A stretch of 64,000 nt of DNA from Dehalococcoidia bacterium (GTDB taxonomy: Bacteria; Chloroflexota; Dehalococcoidia; Lucifugimonadales; JADFKI01): positions 445,646 to 509,645 of the forward strand of contig CBDCTG010000002.1 in the NCBI GenBank assembly GCA_965222145.1, in the 5' to 3' direction. The notes beneath the pieces are model-generated. The model searched no databases and was not told the origin of the DNA. It worked only from the letters and a program-made list of their open reading frames with translations. This document shows positions 46,736 to 57,298 of the stretch, in pieces. Positions within the stretch are counted from its first letter, which is position 1. Each line of letters opens with the position of its first letter. Both the position numbers and the translations under genes were made by a program.

Positions 46736-48424
46736 ATGGTCAAGATGAGTGGCGGTGAAGCTCTAGCGAAGTCACTAGCAAATGAAGGCGTAGAGGTCGT
46801 ATTCGGAATCCCGGGCATACAGATATACGGTATTGTGGCCGGTCTGCGGGACGAGCCAAGTATTCGCATGATATCTACTCGGCACGAACAGGCGACCACA
46901 TACATGGCCGATGGATATGCCCGCGCATCCGGAAAGCCGGGAGTCGCACTCGTGGTTCCGGGTGCGGGGCTATATAACGCCGCACCCGGCCTGACTAATG
47001 CCTTCTCACGCTCTACGCCTGTGCTCCTCATTGCAGGCCAGATTCCGCGTGGCGCAATCGGCAAAAGCCTCGGCGCAGTGCATGAGATCTCAGACCAACC
47101 AGGTGCTGTGCGCAGCGTGGCGAAGTGGCAGCGGCTTGCTATGAGGCCTCGAGAAATCCCTGATGCTGTATTCGAGGCGTTCAGGCAGATGCGCACGGGG
47201 CGTCCTCGCCCAGTCTTGGTTGAGATACCTCCGGAGGCAGGGGTGTAGCAAGAGGAGGTCGTACTGCGAAACCCTGCTCGCATTTCACGAATTGTGCCGA
47301 GTCCTGAAGACCTCCGCGAAGCCGCTCAAGTTTTCGCGCACTCTCGTTTCCCACTGATATATGCCGGCGGAGGAGTGGCTCGCTCAGACGCGGAAGAAGC
47401 ACTCATCAGGTTGGCAGAGGCGACGAATATACCTGTGGTTACCTCCAGCGGTGGCAAAGGAACCATACCGGACAATCATCCTCTGTCTTACGGCTCCTGT
47501 TTCAGCCCTCGCGGCGAGATGCAGGAGATGAACCAGCTCTACGAAGTGATGCAGTCAGCCGATGTAGTGATAGGAATCGGGGGGGCGCTTTTCGCTGGGC
47601 AATCCTGCCGGCGAGTCGTCCACGCTGGTAAATATCAACATAGACGACAGCGAGCTCACAAGAATTCAGTCAAACACCATTCCACTACACGGTGATGCCA
47701 GAGCTACGATAGAGGCATTGACTCCCTACCTGGTCGAGGCGGGAGCGGGAGAACGCCCTTCACCCGCCGAGGCCGTCGCCGCCTCGCGCAGTCTGATAGC
47801 CTACTACGACATCAGGCTCAGGGAGCCTCAGTATCCAGTTATGGAGGCGATGCAGAAAGGCATCCCGGAAGACGCCTTCATTGTCTGGGATGTTACGCAG
47901 TTCGGCTACTACGCTCGCACCCACTATCGGGTGAACCAACCTAAGACGTACATTGATTCCGGCTACTCTTCAACCTAGGCTATGGATTTCCGACTGCTCT
48001 AGGAGTAAAAGTCGCAAAGCCTGACCGTCCTGTGCTGTGCGTGACCGGAGACGGAGGGTTCATGTTCAACGCATCCGAACTTTCCACGGCGGTGAAGTAC
48101 GGCATTAACCTCGTCACCGTAGTTTTCAGGAACGACTCATACGGCAACGTCGCGCGAGACCTAGACGAGTTTTTTCATGGAACTTACGGGACTGACCTAC
48201 ACAACCCCGACTTCGTCAAGTTCGCAGAATCATTCGGCGCAGTTGGAATGAGAGCGGAAGACCCAATGGAGCTGGAAACCCTGATTCCGCTCGCCCTGGA
48301 ACGCAATGCGCCGGTGGTCATAGACGTGCCCTTCGGAGAGATGCCGATACCGCGCGCGCCGCAGATTGCATTTGTCTATAATCTGCCCTGGACGACTCCC
48401 CAGGAAGGGCTGATAGTGTCCTGA
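46736..48424 (+). pseudogene. ThDP-dependent enzyme (acetolactate synthase-like), disrupted by 1 nonsense codon and 2 frameshifts
   Basis: Fragments 46712-47248, 47294-47695, 47718-47978 and 48032-48424 together read as one ThDP enzyme (... GIPGIQIY ... HEQATTYMADGYAR ... GDGGFMFN ...). Lesions: TAG 47246-47248, G7 run 47579-47585, and CC at 47974-47975. Confidence 0.8.
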
Positions 48425-48466
48425 GCCGAACATGCCTTACTATGACAAGCCGACCAATACACATGA

Positions 48467-48507
48467 AACCGCCCTCCAACATCCAAGTTGAACGTTAGAG
48501 GGCGGTT
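48467..48507. terminator. Hairpin between convergent genes (possible bidirectional terminator)
   Basis: 10-bp stem AACCGCCCTC (48467-48476) / GAGGGCGGTT (48498-48507) with a 21-nt loop. Confidence 0.45.
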
Positions 48508-48552
48508 CTAAATGCTTGACAAATCAGCTAGCCCCTTTTGGGCAGTTGTCGA

Positions 48553-49206
48553 CTAATAGGCGTGCGGCTGCACGGAAGCGGCGATTGACATCTCGATGTC
48601 GCGGATGCCCTTAGACAATGCCTGACCGATGAGGTCGAGCCTGCGCACCTGATCTATGCGCTCACCCACATTGTCCAACTCCCGGCTGGATAGCAATCCC
48701 TTGAATATGCCGCACGCATCCGCCAGACAGATGATAACGACATCGCGCGGGGACGGAATTTCGTCGCTGAAAAGCACGCCCATAATTCGCAGCTTCACCT
48801 CGCGCTCCGCAGTGCCGTCGATTGACGGGTATCGCCTCGAGCGGAACACCCAGAGGAAGCGGTCGTCCTGAACTTCAAGAATACCCTGATCAATAAGTCT
48901 ATTCAGCGCCTGTTCGCGGATGGAATCCGCGCTGTCAGCTGTGTGCTCCAGCCAGAAATTGGTAGTACGCTCCTTGCCGGCAACGATGTCGGCAAGCGTT
49001 GGGTCAAGCAGGGCGTCTCCTGTCGGCGTATCATCAATCAAAATCAAACCTTCAAGGTCTGTGTCGATTCGGTTTCCCAGCGCCAGGTCCATCAGCACTC
49101 CACCGGCGAGCGCGTAGTCCAATGACCACTTGGGCACACGCGCAAACCTTCCGTCTCCGTCGTTGAGCAGCAACAGAATGGTTTCCTCAGCAAATCTCAG
49201 CATCAT
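48553..49206 (-). CDS. GPP34 (GOLPH3-like) family protein
   Basis: FAEETILLLLNDGDGRF ... LDYALAGGVLMDLALGNRI, matching the family pattern as I recall it. Confidence 0.6.
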   Translation of the reverse strand: MMLRFAEETILLLLNDGDGRFARVPKWSLDYALAGGVLMDLALGNRIDTDLEGLILIDDTPTGDALLDPTLADIVAGKERTTNFWLEHTADSADSIREQALNRLIDQGILEVQDDRFLWVFRSRRYPSIDGTAEREVKLRIMGVLFSDEIPSPRDVVIICLADACGIFKGLLSSRELDNVGERIDQVRRLDLIGQALSKGIRDIEMSIAASVQPHAY

Positions 49207-49467
49207 CCTCCCCCTTTATACACTCCAGCACCGTACCGGACTAAGAATGCTACCGGTATCACAGCGTATTACATGATTCATAATAACATGATAATATGCG
49301 CGAACAATACGGCTGAAGACTCAATTGAAGCAAATTGACGACCTCCGCCGCTTCGGTTCATTCCGCCCCGTGTGAAAGAACGGAATGACGACATCTCCGG
49401 TAGCGAGACTGTTAAGTTGCACTTCTTTTAGACCAAGGAAATTGGGTAACTCATCTGAGCGGCTGAG

Positions 49468-50931
49468 ATGGAATTTGACGCTTACAGCCTTGATGACTCC
49501 ATCTACGACGAAGTGTTTCTTCCTGACGGAACACCTCGTGAGCATTGCGCTCAGCTTTATCAGACTTTGCATGAATTCTCCTCAGAAGAACGCTACGCTA
49601 TTCAAGAACGAGTTTCCCGTTCATTTTCCAACGAGGGCATAACTTTTACCGTTTATGGGAATGAGGAGGCCGAGGAACGAATTATTCCCATTGACTGCGT
49701 GCCACGAATTATGCCCGCATCAGATTAGCAGAGCATAGAGAGTGGCTTGACCCAACGCATCAAAGCCTTGAATCTATTTCTGGAAGATGTGTAAGGTCAA
49801 TCCCGCAGCAAGGATCTCTACGGGGTATCGCGAATTGTCCATGACGGTGTAATCCCGGCCGATGTAGTGCGCGAGTGCCCTCAATATCGCGCCGAGATGT
49901 CCGGCTTCTCAGCTCCCTACGGCGCGTGGGTTTCCATATGCGGCTCCGATATAGTGCGTACAAACGATGGGTTCATGGTGCTCGAAGACAATCTTCGAGT
50001 ACCTTCCGGTGTTTCATACATGATAGCGAACCGAAAGGCGGTCAAAACCAGTTTTCGTCGCCTGTATCGCAATTCACGTGTCCCGAGGTGGAGAACTATG
50101 GGAGAGTTTTGCTTGAGACGCTGTCCGAGCTGGCTCCGGACGGTCGATCCGATCCGACTATCGCCCTGCTAACTCCCGGCGTATACAACTCCGCCTTCTA
50201 TGAGCATATGTTCCTGTCCGGCGAGATCGGCGCCGAACTGGTGCAAGGGCAAGATCTGCTGGTGGACAATGGCTTCGTCTATATGCGCACAACCAAAGGC
50301 CTTCAACGTGTGGACATCATCTATCGGCGTGTTGACGACGACTTTGTTGACCCCCTTGTATTCAGACGTGACTCCATGCTCGGTGTTCCGGGGCTGATAG
50401 ATGCCTATAAGCGCGGCAATGTGACGGTAGTAAATGCTCCGGGCACGGGCGTCGCCGATGACAAGAGCGTGTACGCGTTCGTGCCCGATATGATTCGATA
50501 CTACCTGAGCGAAGAGCCTCTTTCTTCTGGCCAATGTGGAAACATACCTGTGCCGGCGGTCTGAGGAATTAGAGTACACACTTAACAATCTGCACGAGCT
50601 GGTGGTGAAGCGCGTGGGTGAGTCCGGCGGATATGGCATGCTCGTCGGAGTTCAGGCGTCGGTCAAAGAGCGAGACGAATACGCCAAACAGGTGCGGGCT
50701 AATCCCGCGGACTTCATTTCGCAGCCTACCTTGGCGCTGTCGCAGTCTCCCTGCTTCATAGATGGACACATAGAGTCTCGGCATGTTGACCTGCGCCCAT
50801 TTGTGTTGCACGGACAGAAGACACGCATCGTGCCCGGCGCATTCTGCCGCGTCGCTCTGACACGTGGTGGTTTGGTGGTGAACTCAAGCCAAGGAGGTGG
50901 CGGTAAGGACCTGTGGGTCGTGGAAAACTGA
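49468..50931 (+). pseudogene. Circularly permuted type-2 ATP-grasp protein (DUF404/DUF407), disrupted by 2 nonsense codons and 2 frameshifts
   Basis: The conserved string reads across frames: ... PRIMPASD-TAG-QSIESGLTQRIKALNLFLEDV-TAA-GQ ... VLEDNLRVPSGVSYM ... LLTPGVYNSAFYEHMFL ... IIYRRVDDDF ... NAPGTGVADDKSVY ... VVKRVGESGGYGM ... VVNSSQGGGGKDLWV. Confidence 0.8.
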
Positions 50932-51015
50932 CTGAACAAGTCGCCAACATACAAGTTCGATAAATGCTAAGGGCTATTCACTTAATGGTCATTGAGTGTA
51001 GGAGAGAATCCAGCC

Positions 51016-52404
51016 ATGAGGACATTCGCTAACATCTTTTCGCGCTACAGGTTTGCAGTACTGGCGGCATTGATATCCGTATCAGTTGTCTGCCTATTCG
51101 TCAGACCGAACATAGCCTATGCAGCAGGAGTTGACGACGAAACAAAGTTCGTCTTCAACACTTTTTCATTTCTCATTTGGGGCGCGCTGGTCATGTGGAT
51201 GTGCGCGGGCTTCACCATGCTCGAATCGGGCTCGGTGCGTACAAAGAACGCCTCCACCATCTGCTTGAAGAACATCGGCATCTACTCAATAGCCGGCATT
51301 GCGTACTTCGTTATCGGCTATAACCTGATGTACGTTGACATTGTTGGAGGCTTCATCGGCTCATTCAATCTCCTGTATGGCTCTTCAGCAGATGAGATTG
51401 CATTGCTCGGAGGTGACCAATCTGCAACCGCAGCCGTTGTCGAGAGCGGCTACTCCACCATGTCGGACTGGTTCTTCCAGATGGTCTTCGTTGCGACTGC
51501 CGCCTCCATCGTATCCGGCACGCTGGCTGAGCGGGTCAAGATGTGGCCATTCTTCCTCTTCACCCTGATCCTGACCGCTTTCATCTACCCTGTCGTAGGA
51601 GCATGGACATGGGGTGGCGGCTGGCTTGATCAGATGGGATTCAAAGACTTTGCCGGTTCGACCATAGTGCACAGCACAGGCGGATGGGCGGCTCTTGCAG
51701 GCGTTCTCGTAGTCGGACCCAGGCTCGGCAAGTTCCGCCGCGACGGTACTGTAAGGGCGACACCTCCCTCCAACATCTTGGTGGTAACGCTGGGCATTTT
51801 CATTCTTTGGTTCGGTTGGTTCGGCTTCAACGCAGGCTCGCAATTGGCGTTGGGTAGCGCTGCGGATGTGGTAGCGATGAGCATCGTAATGGTCAACACC
51901 AATCTGGCGGCGGCAGCGGGCGTAATGGCTGCTCTTGCTGTATCACGCCCTATACTTGGAAGGATGGACTTGATCGCAGGATTGAACGGAGCAATAGCAG
52001 GTCTTGTGTCAGTCACCGCTGCTCCTGATCTAGTTGACCACCACTGGGCAATCATAATTGGAGCTGTGGGGGGAATAGTCTTAGTGCTGGCAGTGAAACT
52101 CTTGGAAAAGCTCAAACTAGACGACGTAGTTGGGGCGATTCCTGCCCACTTGTTTGCCGGAATATGGGGAACATTGGCCGTAGCTATAAGTGGTGGTCAA
52201 ATTCTTGTTCAGTTGATTGGAGTGCTGGCGGTCGGAGCGTTTGTATTCGCAGTCTCATGGGTGCTGTGGAAGGCGCTCGATATGGCGTTCAGTGTGCGAG
52301 TGTCGCGCACTGTGGAGCGCCTGGGGCTGGACTCCGGTGAGTTAGGGCTTGAATCCTACCCCGAATTTGTGCTTATGCCTGAAGAAGACGACGAAGAGGA
52401 CTGA
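51016..52404 (+). CDS. amt: Ammonium transporter
   Basis: Amt/MEP family length and polytopic topology. GGAGAG lies 9 nt upstream of the ATG at 51016. Acidic C-terminal tail EEDDEED. Confidence 0.88.
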   Translation: MRTFANIFSRYRFAVLAALISVSVVCLFVRPNIAYAAGVDDETKFVFNTFSFLIWGALVMWMCAGFTMLESGSVRTKNASTICLKNIGIYSIAGIAYFVIGYNLMYVDIVGGFIGSFNLLYGSSADEIALLGGDQSATAAVVESGYSTMSDWFFQMVFVATAASIVSGTLAERVKMWPFFLFTLILTAFIYPVVGAWTWGGGWLDQMGFKDFAGSTIVHSTGGWAALAGVLVVGPRLGKFRRDGTVRATPPSNILVVTLGIFILWFGWFGFNAGSQLALGSAADVVAMSIVMVNTNLAAAAGVMAALAVSRPILGRMDLIAGLNGAIAGLVSVTAAPDLVDHHWAIIIGAVGGIVLVLAVKLLEKLKLDDVVGAIPAHLFAGIWGTLAVAISGGQILVQLIGVLAVGAFVFAVSWVLWKALDMAFSVRVSRTVERLGLDSGELGLESYPEFVLMPEEDDEED

Positions 52405-52409
52405 CCCTA

Positions 52410-53378
52410 ATGCTCGCTCGCAGCGCACAGGGCTTGTACTGGATGAGCCGCTACCTAGAGCGGACGCAGCATCTTTGCCGTCTGTTAAGGCTTCAGTCGG
52501 AGGCCCTGGTTGACTGGCCTATTGGTGAGATACATTTGGGTTGGAATCGCATTTACGCGAGTGTGGGAAGGCATCCACCGATAGGCGGTATTGTCATTTT
52601 GGACAACGACGACTATATGCTTGCCGATTCCTACACACTCGCAGATGACCTCACCTTTGAAAGAACAAATCCGGATTCGGTGTGGAGCTGCTTCGCGGCT
52701 GGGCGAGAAAATGCTCGACAAATGCGTCAATGCATCAGCTACGAGATGTGGGCTAGCCTGAACTTGGCTTACCTTCGGGTCCAGGAAGTCGCAATACAGG
52801 ATATATGGACGGCATCGCCCGAGAGTTTCTATTCAGGCGTGGTCGCAGAAATAGATACATTCTCCGGAGTAGCGGCAGACACCATGTATCGGGATGAAGG
52901 ATGGCAGTTCATGCAGCTAGGCCGGGTCATCGAGCGCGCCCAGCTCCTCTGTGCCCTGCTTCTCACGCAGATTGAAATTGATAATACGAGCGAGGAGTAT
53001 TCTGATGGAGACTGGACGAGCTTGCTACGGATGTACCATGCTCTCGAGGCATACAATCGGCGGTACGGCGTGGAAGTGCGGCCCAAGCAGGCGCTCGACT
53101 TACTTGCCACGGACATTCTGCTGCCAGGTTCACTTATTCGCTCACTCGATATGGCGCAGGCTGAAATCGCAGGCATCGGTCCGGGTCCGGATGCGCTTTC
53201 CAGCGACGCCGCTCAACAACTGCTGGAGCGGTTGAGCTCCCTTGTCCGCTACGAATGGCCTGACCAAGAGGATCACAGAGCTATACTGCAACAGGTAGAC
53301 GCGCACTGCCGGGAGCTGCACCAACTCGTGAGCGATTCGTATTTCGACTACTCTACCGATGGCGTTCCAAGAGGTTAA
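52410..53378 (+). CDS. Alpha-E domain protein (DUF403)
   Basis: N-terminal LARSAQGLYWMSRYLERTQHLCRLLR is typical of alpha-E proteins, which normally partner the permuted ATP-grasp. Confidence 0.8.
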   Translation: MLARSAQGLYWMSRYLERTQHLCRLLRLQSEALVDWPIGEIHLGWNRIYASVGRHPPIGGIVILDNDDYMLADSYTLADDLTFERTNPDSVWSCFAAGRENARQMRQCISYEMWASLNLAYLRVQEVAIQDIWTASPESFYSGVVAEIDTFSGVAADTMYRDEGWQFMQLGRVIERAQLLCALLLTQIEIDNTSEEYSDGDWTSLLRMYHALEAYNRRYGVEVRPKQALDLLATDILLPGSLIRSLDMAQAEIAGIGPGPDALSSDAAQQLLERLSSLVRYEWPDQEDHRAILQQVDAHCRELHQLVSDSYFDYSTDGVPRG

Positions 53379-53773
53379 CACCACAGATCGCTGGCTTAAC
53401 CAAGCCAAGTATGAGCACTGGGGCTGGAGCCTAGTTTCGAGCAATATAACTAGAAGCCGTCACATCTTAAGTTTTCGTGATGGATCGTATATAAAAGTTT
53501 GTCGAGTCGCTGCCCAAATCTTAGTTGGACATTTGTGTTGATTGGAGTGCACAATCTTATTTTGGTTCTGAGAGTGTGTGTGTCAGATACAACATTATGT
53601 AGTAGGTATCAATGTGCCAGTCCACATTCCTCTTTGTTTCGCTTTTGGCAGCAATTAGGGAAGGATTGTGACTGTACTGTTGAGTTTTGCAATTACTTTA
53701 TTATGCTGTAAAATGTGAGTTGGACTTGAAATAGCCGAATTTCGGCTACCTGCAATGCAAGGAGACGGTATCA

Positions 53774-54112
53774 GTGAAAGTTACCATAGAAAGAGATGGC
53801 GACACCCTGGTTGCAATGGCGGAAGACCGCGTAGATGGAACTAACGCTAGCGAATTCCAGCAGGCACTTGAAGCTGCGATAAGTGATGCGGACCGTATCG
53901 TAATTCTTGATTGCGATCAGCTCTCGTATATCAGCAGTGCTGGTCTTCGGGTAATTCTGCTTACTGCGCGCGCGCTCCAACGACAGAATTCTAAATTTGC
54001 GGTTTGCTCACTCTCCGAGCAGATACGCGAGGTCTTCGAGATTAGTGGTTTCGACAAGATAATTCCAGTGCATGCAACTCGTGCGGATGCCCTCGGCGCC
54101 CTCAGCAGCTGA
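53774..54112 (+). CDS. STAS-domain anti-sigma-factor antagonist (SpoIIAA/RsbV-like)
   Basis: 112 aa. LDCDQLSYISSAGLRVIL contains the phosphorylatable Ser context. GTG start with a GGAGAC RBS. Confidence 0.85.
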   Translation: MKVTIERDGDTLVAMAEDRVDGTNASEFQQALEAAISDADRIVILDCDQLSYISSAGLRVILLTARALQRQNSKFAVCSLSEQIREVFEISGFDKIIPVHATRADALGALSS

Positions 54113-54241
54113 GCGAAGCGCAATCGGGAATGCTTTTAGCGAAACTTCGCCTGTAAGGGCAATTTAGTGGCTAGAATTTTTTTGAGGTGCTAGATTGGCG
54201 TACAGCATTGAGGTTGCCAATCGCTTCATAGGAGGATTTGT

Positions 54242-55411
54242 GTGAAGCAGGGCACTTACAAGATACTCGTGGTCGATGACGAACCTGACGTCGAACCTCT
54301 TGTTCTTCAGCGTATGCGACGGGACATACGCTCACGCAAGTACGAGTTCGTATTTGCTCATAACGGTGTGGAAGCCGTCAAAGTTCTGAACAAAGATGAA
54401 GACATCGATATGGTCATATCAGACATCAACATGCCCCAAATGGATGGTCTCACCCTCTTGGAGCAGATATCTGAGATAAATCCGAATATACGCTCCGTCA
54501 TTGTTTCGGCGTACGGAGACATGAAAAACATCCGCACCGCCATGAACCGTGGAGCTTTCGATTTTGTCACTAAGCCTCTTGATTTTGGAGATTTGAGGGT
54601 CACTATCGAGCGAACTTTGCGCCACATGGAAGAGTGGCGGGAAGCGCTTTCCTCACGTGACAAGCTTGTAGCGTTGCAAAATGAGCTGGATGTGGCAAGC
54701 GGCATACAGCAGTCTATTCTTCCCACAGTGTTTCCAAGCAGAGACGACTACCAGATTTATGCCAGTATGGAACCTGCAAGGAATGTGGGAGGCGACTTTT
54801 TCGACGTCGTGCGATTGGAGGGCAACCGTGTTGGACTCGCAATTGCGGATGTGTCGGACAAGGGTGTTCCTGCTGCGCTCTTTATGATGTCAAGCCGTAC
54901 TTGGATGAAGGGCGCCGCAATCAGCAGTCCCGAGCCGGGAAAAATTCTCGGAGAGGTGAATGCCCTGCTCCACGAGGACAACGAAACGCAGATGTTCGTC
55001 ACAGTGTTGTACGCGGTGTACGATCCTGAGACCGGCGAGTTTACCTATGCCAGCGGCGGACATGATGCACCTCTTTTAGTTCATCCCGATGGTAGTTCTG
55101 AACTGCTTCCATTGACAGGCGGAATCGCGCTCGGGATAGTCTCCGACCTCGCATACGGGCAAAATTCCGTAGTTCTTGACCACGGGGGTACACTTGTCCT
55201 CTACACCGATGGTGTAACGGAGGCAATGAATGGAGAAGGCGAGCAGTTCGGCATAGAACGACTGCGCAAGGTCTTCTCCAACCGCGCGCCCAAAGACGCG
55301 AACGAAGCAGCGCACAAAATATTTGAGGCTGTGAATACGTTTGCAGACGGCGCCGCGCAATCCGACGATATAACATGCTTAACCCTACGCCGAAGAGAGA
55401 CTCCCGATTGA
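54242..55411 (+). CDS. Response regulator receiver fused to a PP2C/SpoIIE phosphatase (RsbU-like)
   Basis: REC domain (ILVVDDEPD ... ISDINMPQMDG ... VTKP) followed by the PP2C block (GGDFFDV ... ADVSDKGVPAALFM ... DDIT). TAGGAGG RBS with a GTG start. Confidence 0.88.
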   Translation: MKQGTYKILVVDDEPDVEPLVLQRMRRDIRSRKYEFVFAHNGVEAVKVLNKDEDIDMVISDINMPQMDGLTLLEQISEINPNIRSVIVSAYGDMKNIRTAMNRGAFDFVTKPLDFGDLRVTIERTLRHMEEWREALSSRDKLVALQNELDVASGIQQSILPTVFPSRDDYQIYASMEPARNVGGDFFDVVRLEGNRVGLAIADVSDKGVPAALFMMSSRTWMKGAAISSPEPGKILGEVNALLHEDNETQMFVTVLYAVYDPETGEFTYASGGHDAPLLVHPDGSSELLPLTGGIALGIVSDLAYGQNSVVLDHGGTLVLYTDGVTEAMNGEGEQFGIERLRKVFSNRAPKDANEAAHKIFEAVNTFADGAAQSDDITCLTLRRRETPD

Positions 55412-55827
55412 CCGCAAAATTATCGTTAAAGATCGAAGCATCGCCTGACGCACTAGACCGCATCAATGATGAGATCGAGTCTCTTAGCCGTCAGGAAGAA
55501 TGGCCGTCCGACCTATTTTTTACAACCAACCTCGTAGTCGAGGAGTTGGGCCTGAACGTCATCAACCACGCTTATCGCGGTCAGTCCGGCGAGTTTGAAA
55601 TCATCATCACGTCCGAGGAACAGGCTATAACCGTTGAGATCATTGACAACGGCCCACCATTCAATATGCTTCAAGATGCGCCTTTACCTGATGTGGAGGC
55701 TGAAATTGAAGAGCGGCCCGTCGGTGGCTTAGGTATCCACCTGGTGAAGACTATGATGGATGAACTGCACTACAAGCGAGACCAGGAAAAAAACCACCTG
55801 ACACTTGTAAAGAGGAGGGAGATGTGA
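55375..55827 (+). CDS. Anti-sigma regulatory Ser/Thr kinase (RsbW/SpoIIAB-like, HATPase_c)
   Basis: N-box EELGLNVINHAY, DNGPPFN and GGLGIHLV. The start may instead be the TTG at 55408, which overlaps the upstream stop. Confidence 0.8.
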   Translation: MLNPTPKRDSRLTAKLSLKIEASPDALDRINDEIESLSRQEEWPSDLFFTTNLVVEELGLNVINHAYRGQSGEFEIIITSEEQAITVEIIDNGPPFNMLQDAPLPDVEAEIEERPVGGLGIHLVKTMMDELHYKRDQEKNHLTLVKRREM

Positions 55828-57116
55828 AACTCCCGGCTCCACTGACCACTTTGGGGATTGGGGCCGCCGGTGTTCTTCTTTCCTTGGCATTTACAAGCAC
55901 ATTGGCGTGCTCACAGTCGGAGCCGGCTGTGAACGAAGTCAATAGTTCCACACCCGCGTCTGCCCCCCAGGAGACTCGACCGACTCCATCTATTGGCGAC
56001 TCTCTTGCTCAAGCCGGGCAGACGAACGGAGTGTTTGACGACCGTATCCTGTTCGGCCAATCGGCTGCCTTCAGTGGACCAGCGCGCGAACTTGGCACCA
56101 ACATGAGACTCGGCATTCGGGCAGCGTTCCACGAGGTCAATGAAAGTGGTGGCGTGCACGGTCGAACGCTGGAGCTTGTTTCCTTCGATGATGCTTACGA
56201 ACCCGAGGCGGCAGTCACAAATACCTTGAGGCTCATCGAGCAGGAAGAGGTCTTCGCCCTCATAGGAGAGGTTGGCACACCTACATCACGCTCAGCCGCC
56301 CCGGTCGCAGCAGATGCGGGCATTCCATTCATCGCGCCATTCACGGGCGCCGAGTTCCTCCGCAATGATGACTGGCAGAACATCATCAACTTGCGGGCTT
56401 CCTATTATCAGGAGACCGAAGAAATGGTCGCCCGGCTAATAGATGACCTCGGCATTACTCGCATCGGAGTCCTATTCCAGGACGACTCTTACGGGCGCGC
56501 TGGCTACCGTGGCGTTCTCTTCGCACTTGACCGGCGCGACCTCAAACCCGCGTCTATCGGACTTTATCCACGCAACACCACGGCGATAAAGGCGGCATTG
56601 CTTGATCTGAACCAGGGCAATCCGGAAGCGGTAATCATGATTGGCGCATACGAGCCGGTGGCGGAGTTGGTGTCCTGGGCAAGACATACTGGCATAGACC
56701 CCATATTTATGACGGTTTCCTTCGTGGGGAGCAACGCTCTCGCAAGAGAGCTCGGACCTGACGGGGCTGGCGTATATGTGACTCAAGTTGTGCCATTCCC
56801 GACGGATGACTCACAGCGAATCGTTTCGTCATACACTACGGCTCTGTCGGCATATGACCCTGAAGCAGTTCCGGGATTTGTCTCGTTCGAAGGCTATCTG
56901 GCTGGTCGTCTGGCAATCGAAGGATTGCGCGGATGCGGCCAGGAAGTCGATAGGGCTTGTTTTCTCGAAATCCTGAATTACACTAACTATATAGATATAG
57001 ACGGATTCCGACTTCGCTATGGAAATGATAACCAAGGGTCAAACGCGGTCTTTCTGACAGTCATCGGAGACGATGGCAAATACCAACCAACTAGAAAACT
57101 AGGCCGCGAGAATTAG
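55824..57116 (+). CDS. Periplasmic-binding-protein type 1 (LivJ-like) lipoprotein
   Basis: Signal peptide with lipobox LAFTSTLAC. The body resembles branched-chain amino-acid binding proteins. The GTG start overlaps the upstream stop (GTGA). Confidence 0.8.
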   Translation: MKLPAPLTTLGIGAAGVLLSLAFTSTLACSQSEPAVNEVNSSTPASAPQETRPTPSIGDSLAQAGQTNGVFDDRILFGQSAAFSGPARELGTNMRLGIRAAFHEVNESGGVHGRTLELVSFDDAYEPEAAVTNTLRLIEQEEVFALIGEVGTPTSRSAAPVAADAGIPFIAPFTGAEFLRNDDWQNIINLRASYYQETEEMVARLIDDLGITRIGVLFQDDSYGRAGYRGVLFALDRRDLKPASIGLYPRNTTAIKAALLDLNQGNPEAVIMIGAYEPVAELVSWARHTGIDPIFMTVSFVGSNALARELGPDGAGVYVTQVVPFPTDDSQRIVSSYTTALSAYDPEAVPGFVSFEGYLAGRLAIEGLRGCGQEVDRACFLEILNYTNYIDIDGFRLRYGNDNQGSNAVFLTVIGDDGKYQPTRKLGREN

Positions 57117-57298
57117 GGAATTGGAGATTTCCGATCATTTCAAGGATTGCGTTCACGCCCTTCAAGCGACTTCTCGAAAGGCGCTTTCGAATCTCCACGC
57201 AACTCTATGTAGGTATCGGTGGAGCCGTATTCCTGACGGTTGCCGCAAGTCTCGTCGGCTGGTTTTCCTTCAATCGCGTAGGTGAAGCTCAGCGACAG

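Noticed and set aside
47246-49728. Pyrrolysine decoding of the in-frame TAG codons at 47246 and 49726
   Set aside because: Both genes also carry frameshifts, and one carries a TAA as well. The TAG at 49726 replaces a conserved Trp. No pyl genes are visible. Pseudogenisation is the simpler explanation.
53379-53773. Small ORFs (53359-53541, 53499-53711, and 53771-53980 on the minus strand) in the AT-rich gap before the STAS gene
   Set aside because: No RBS, odd composition, and overlap with one another. The region is more plausibly regulatory or untranslated.
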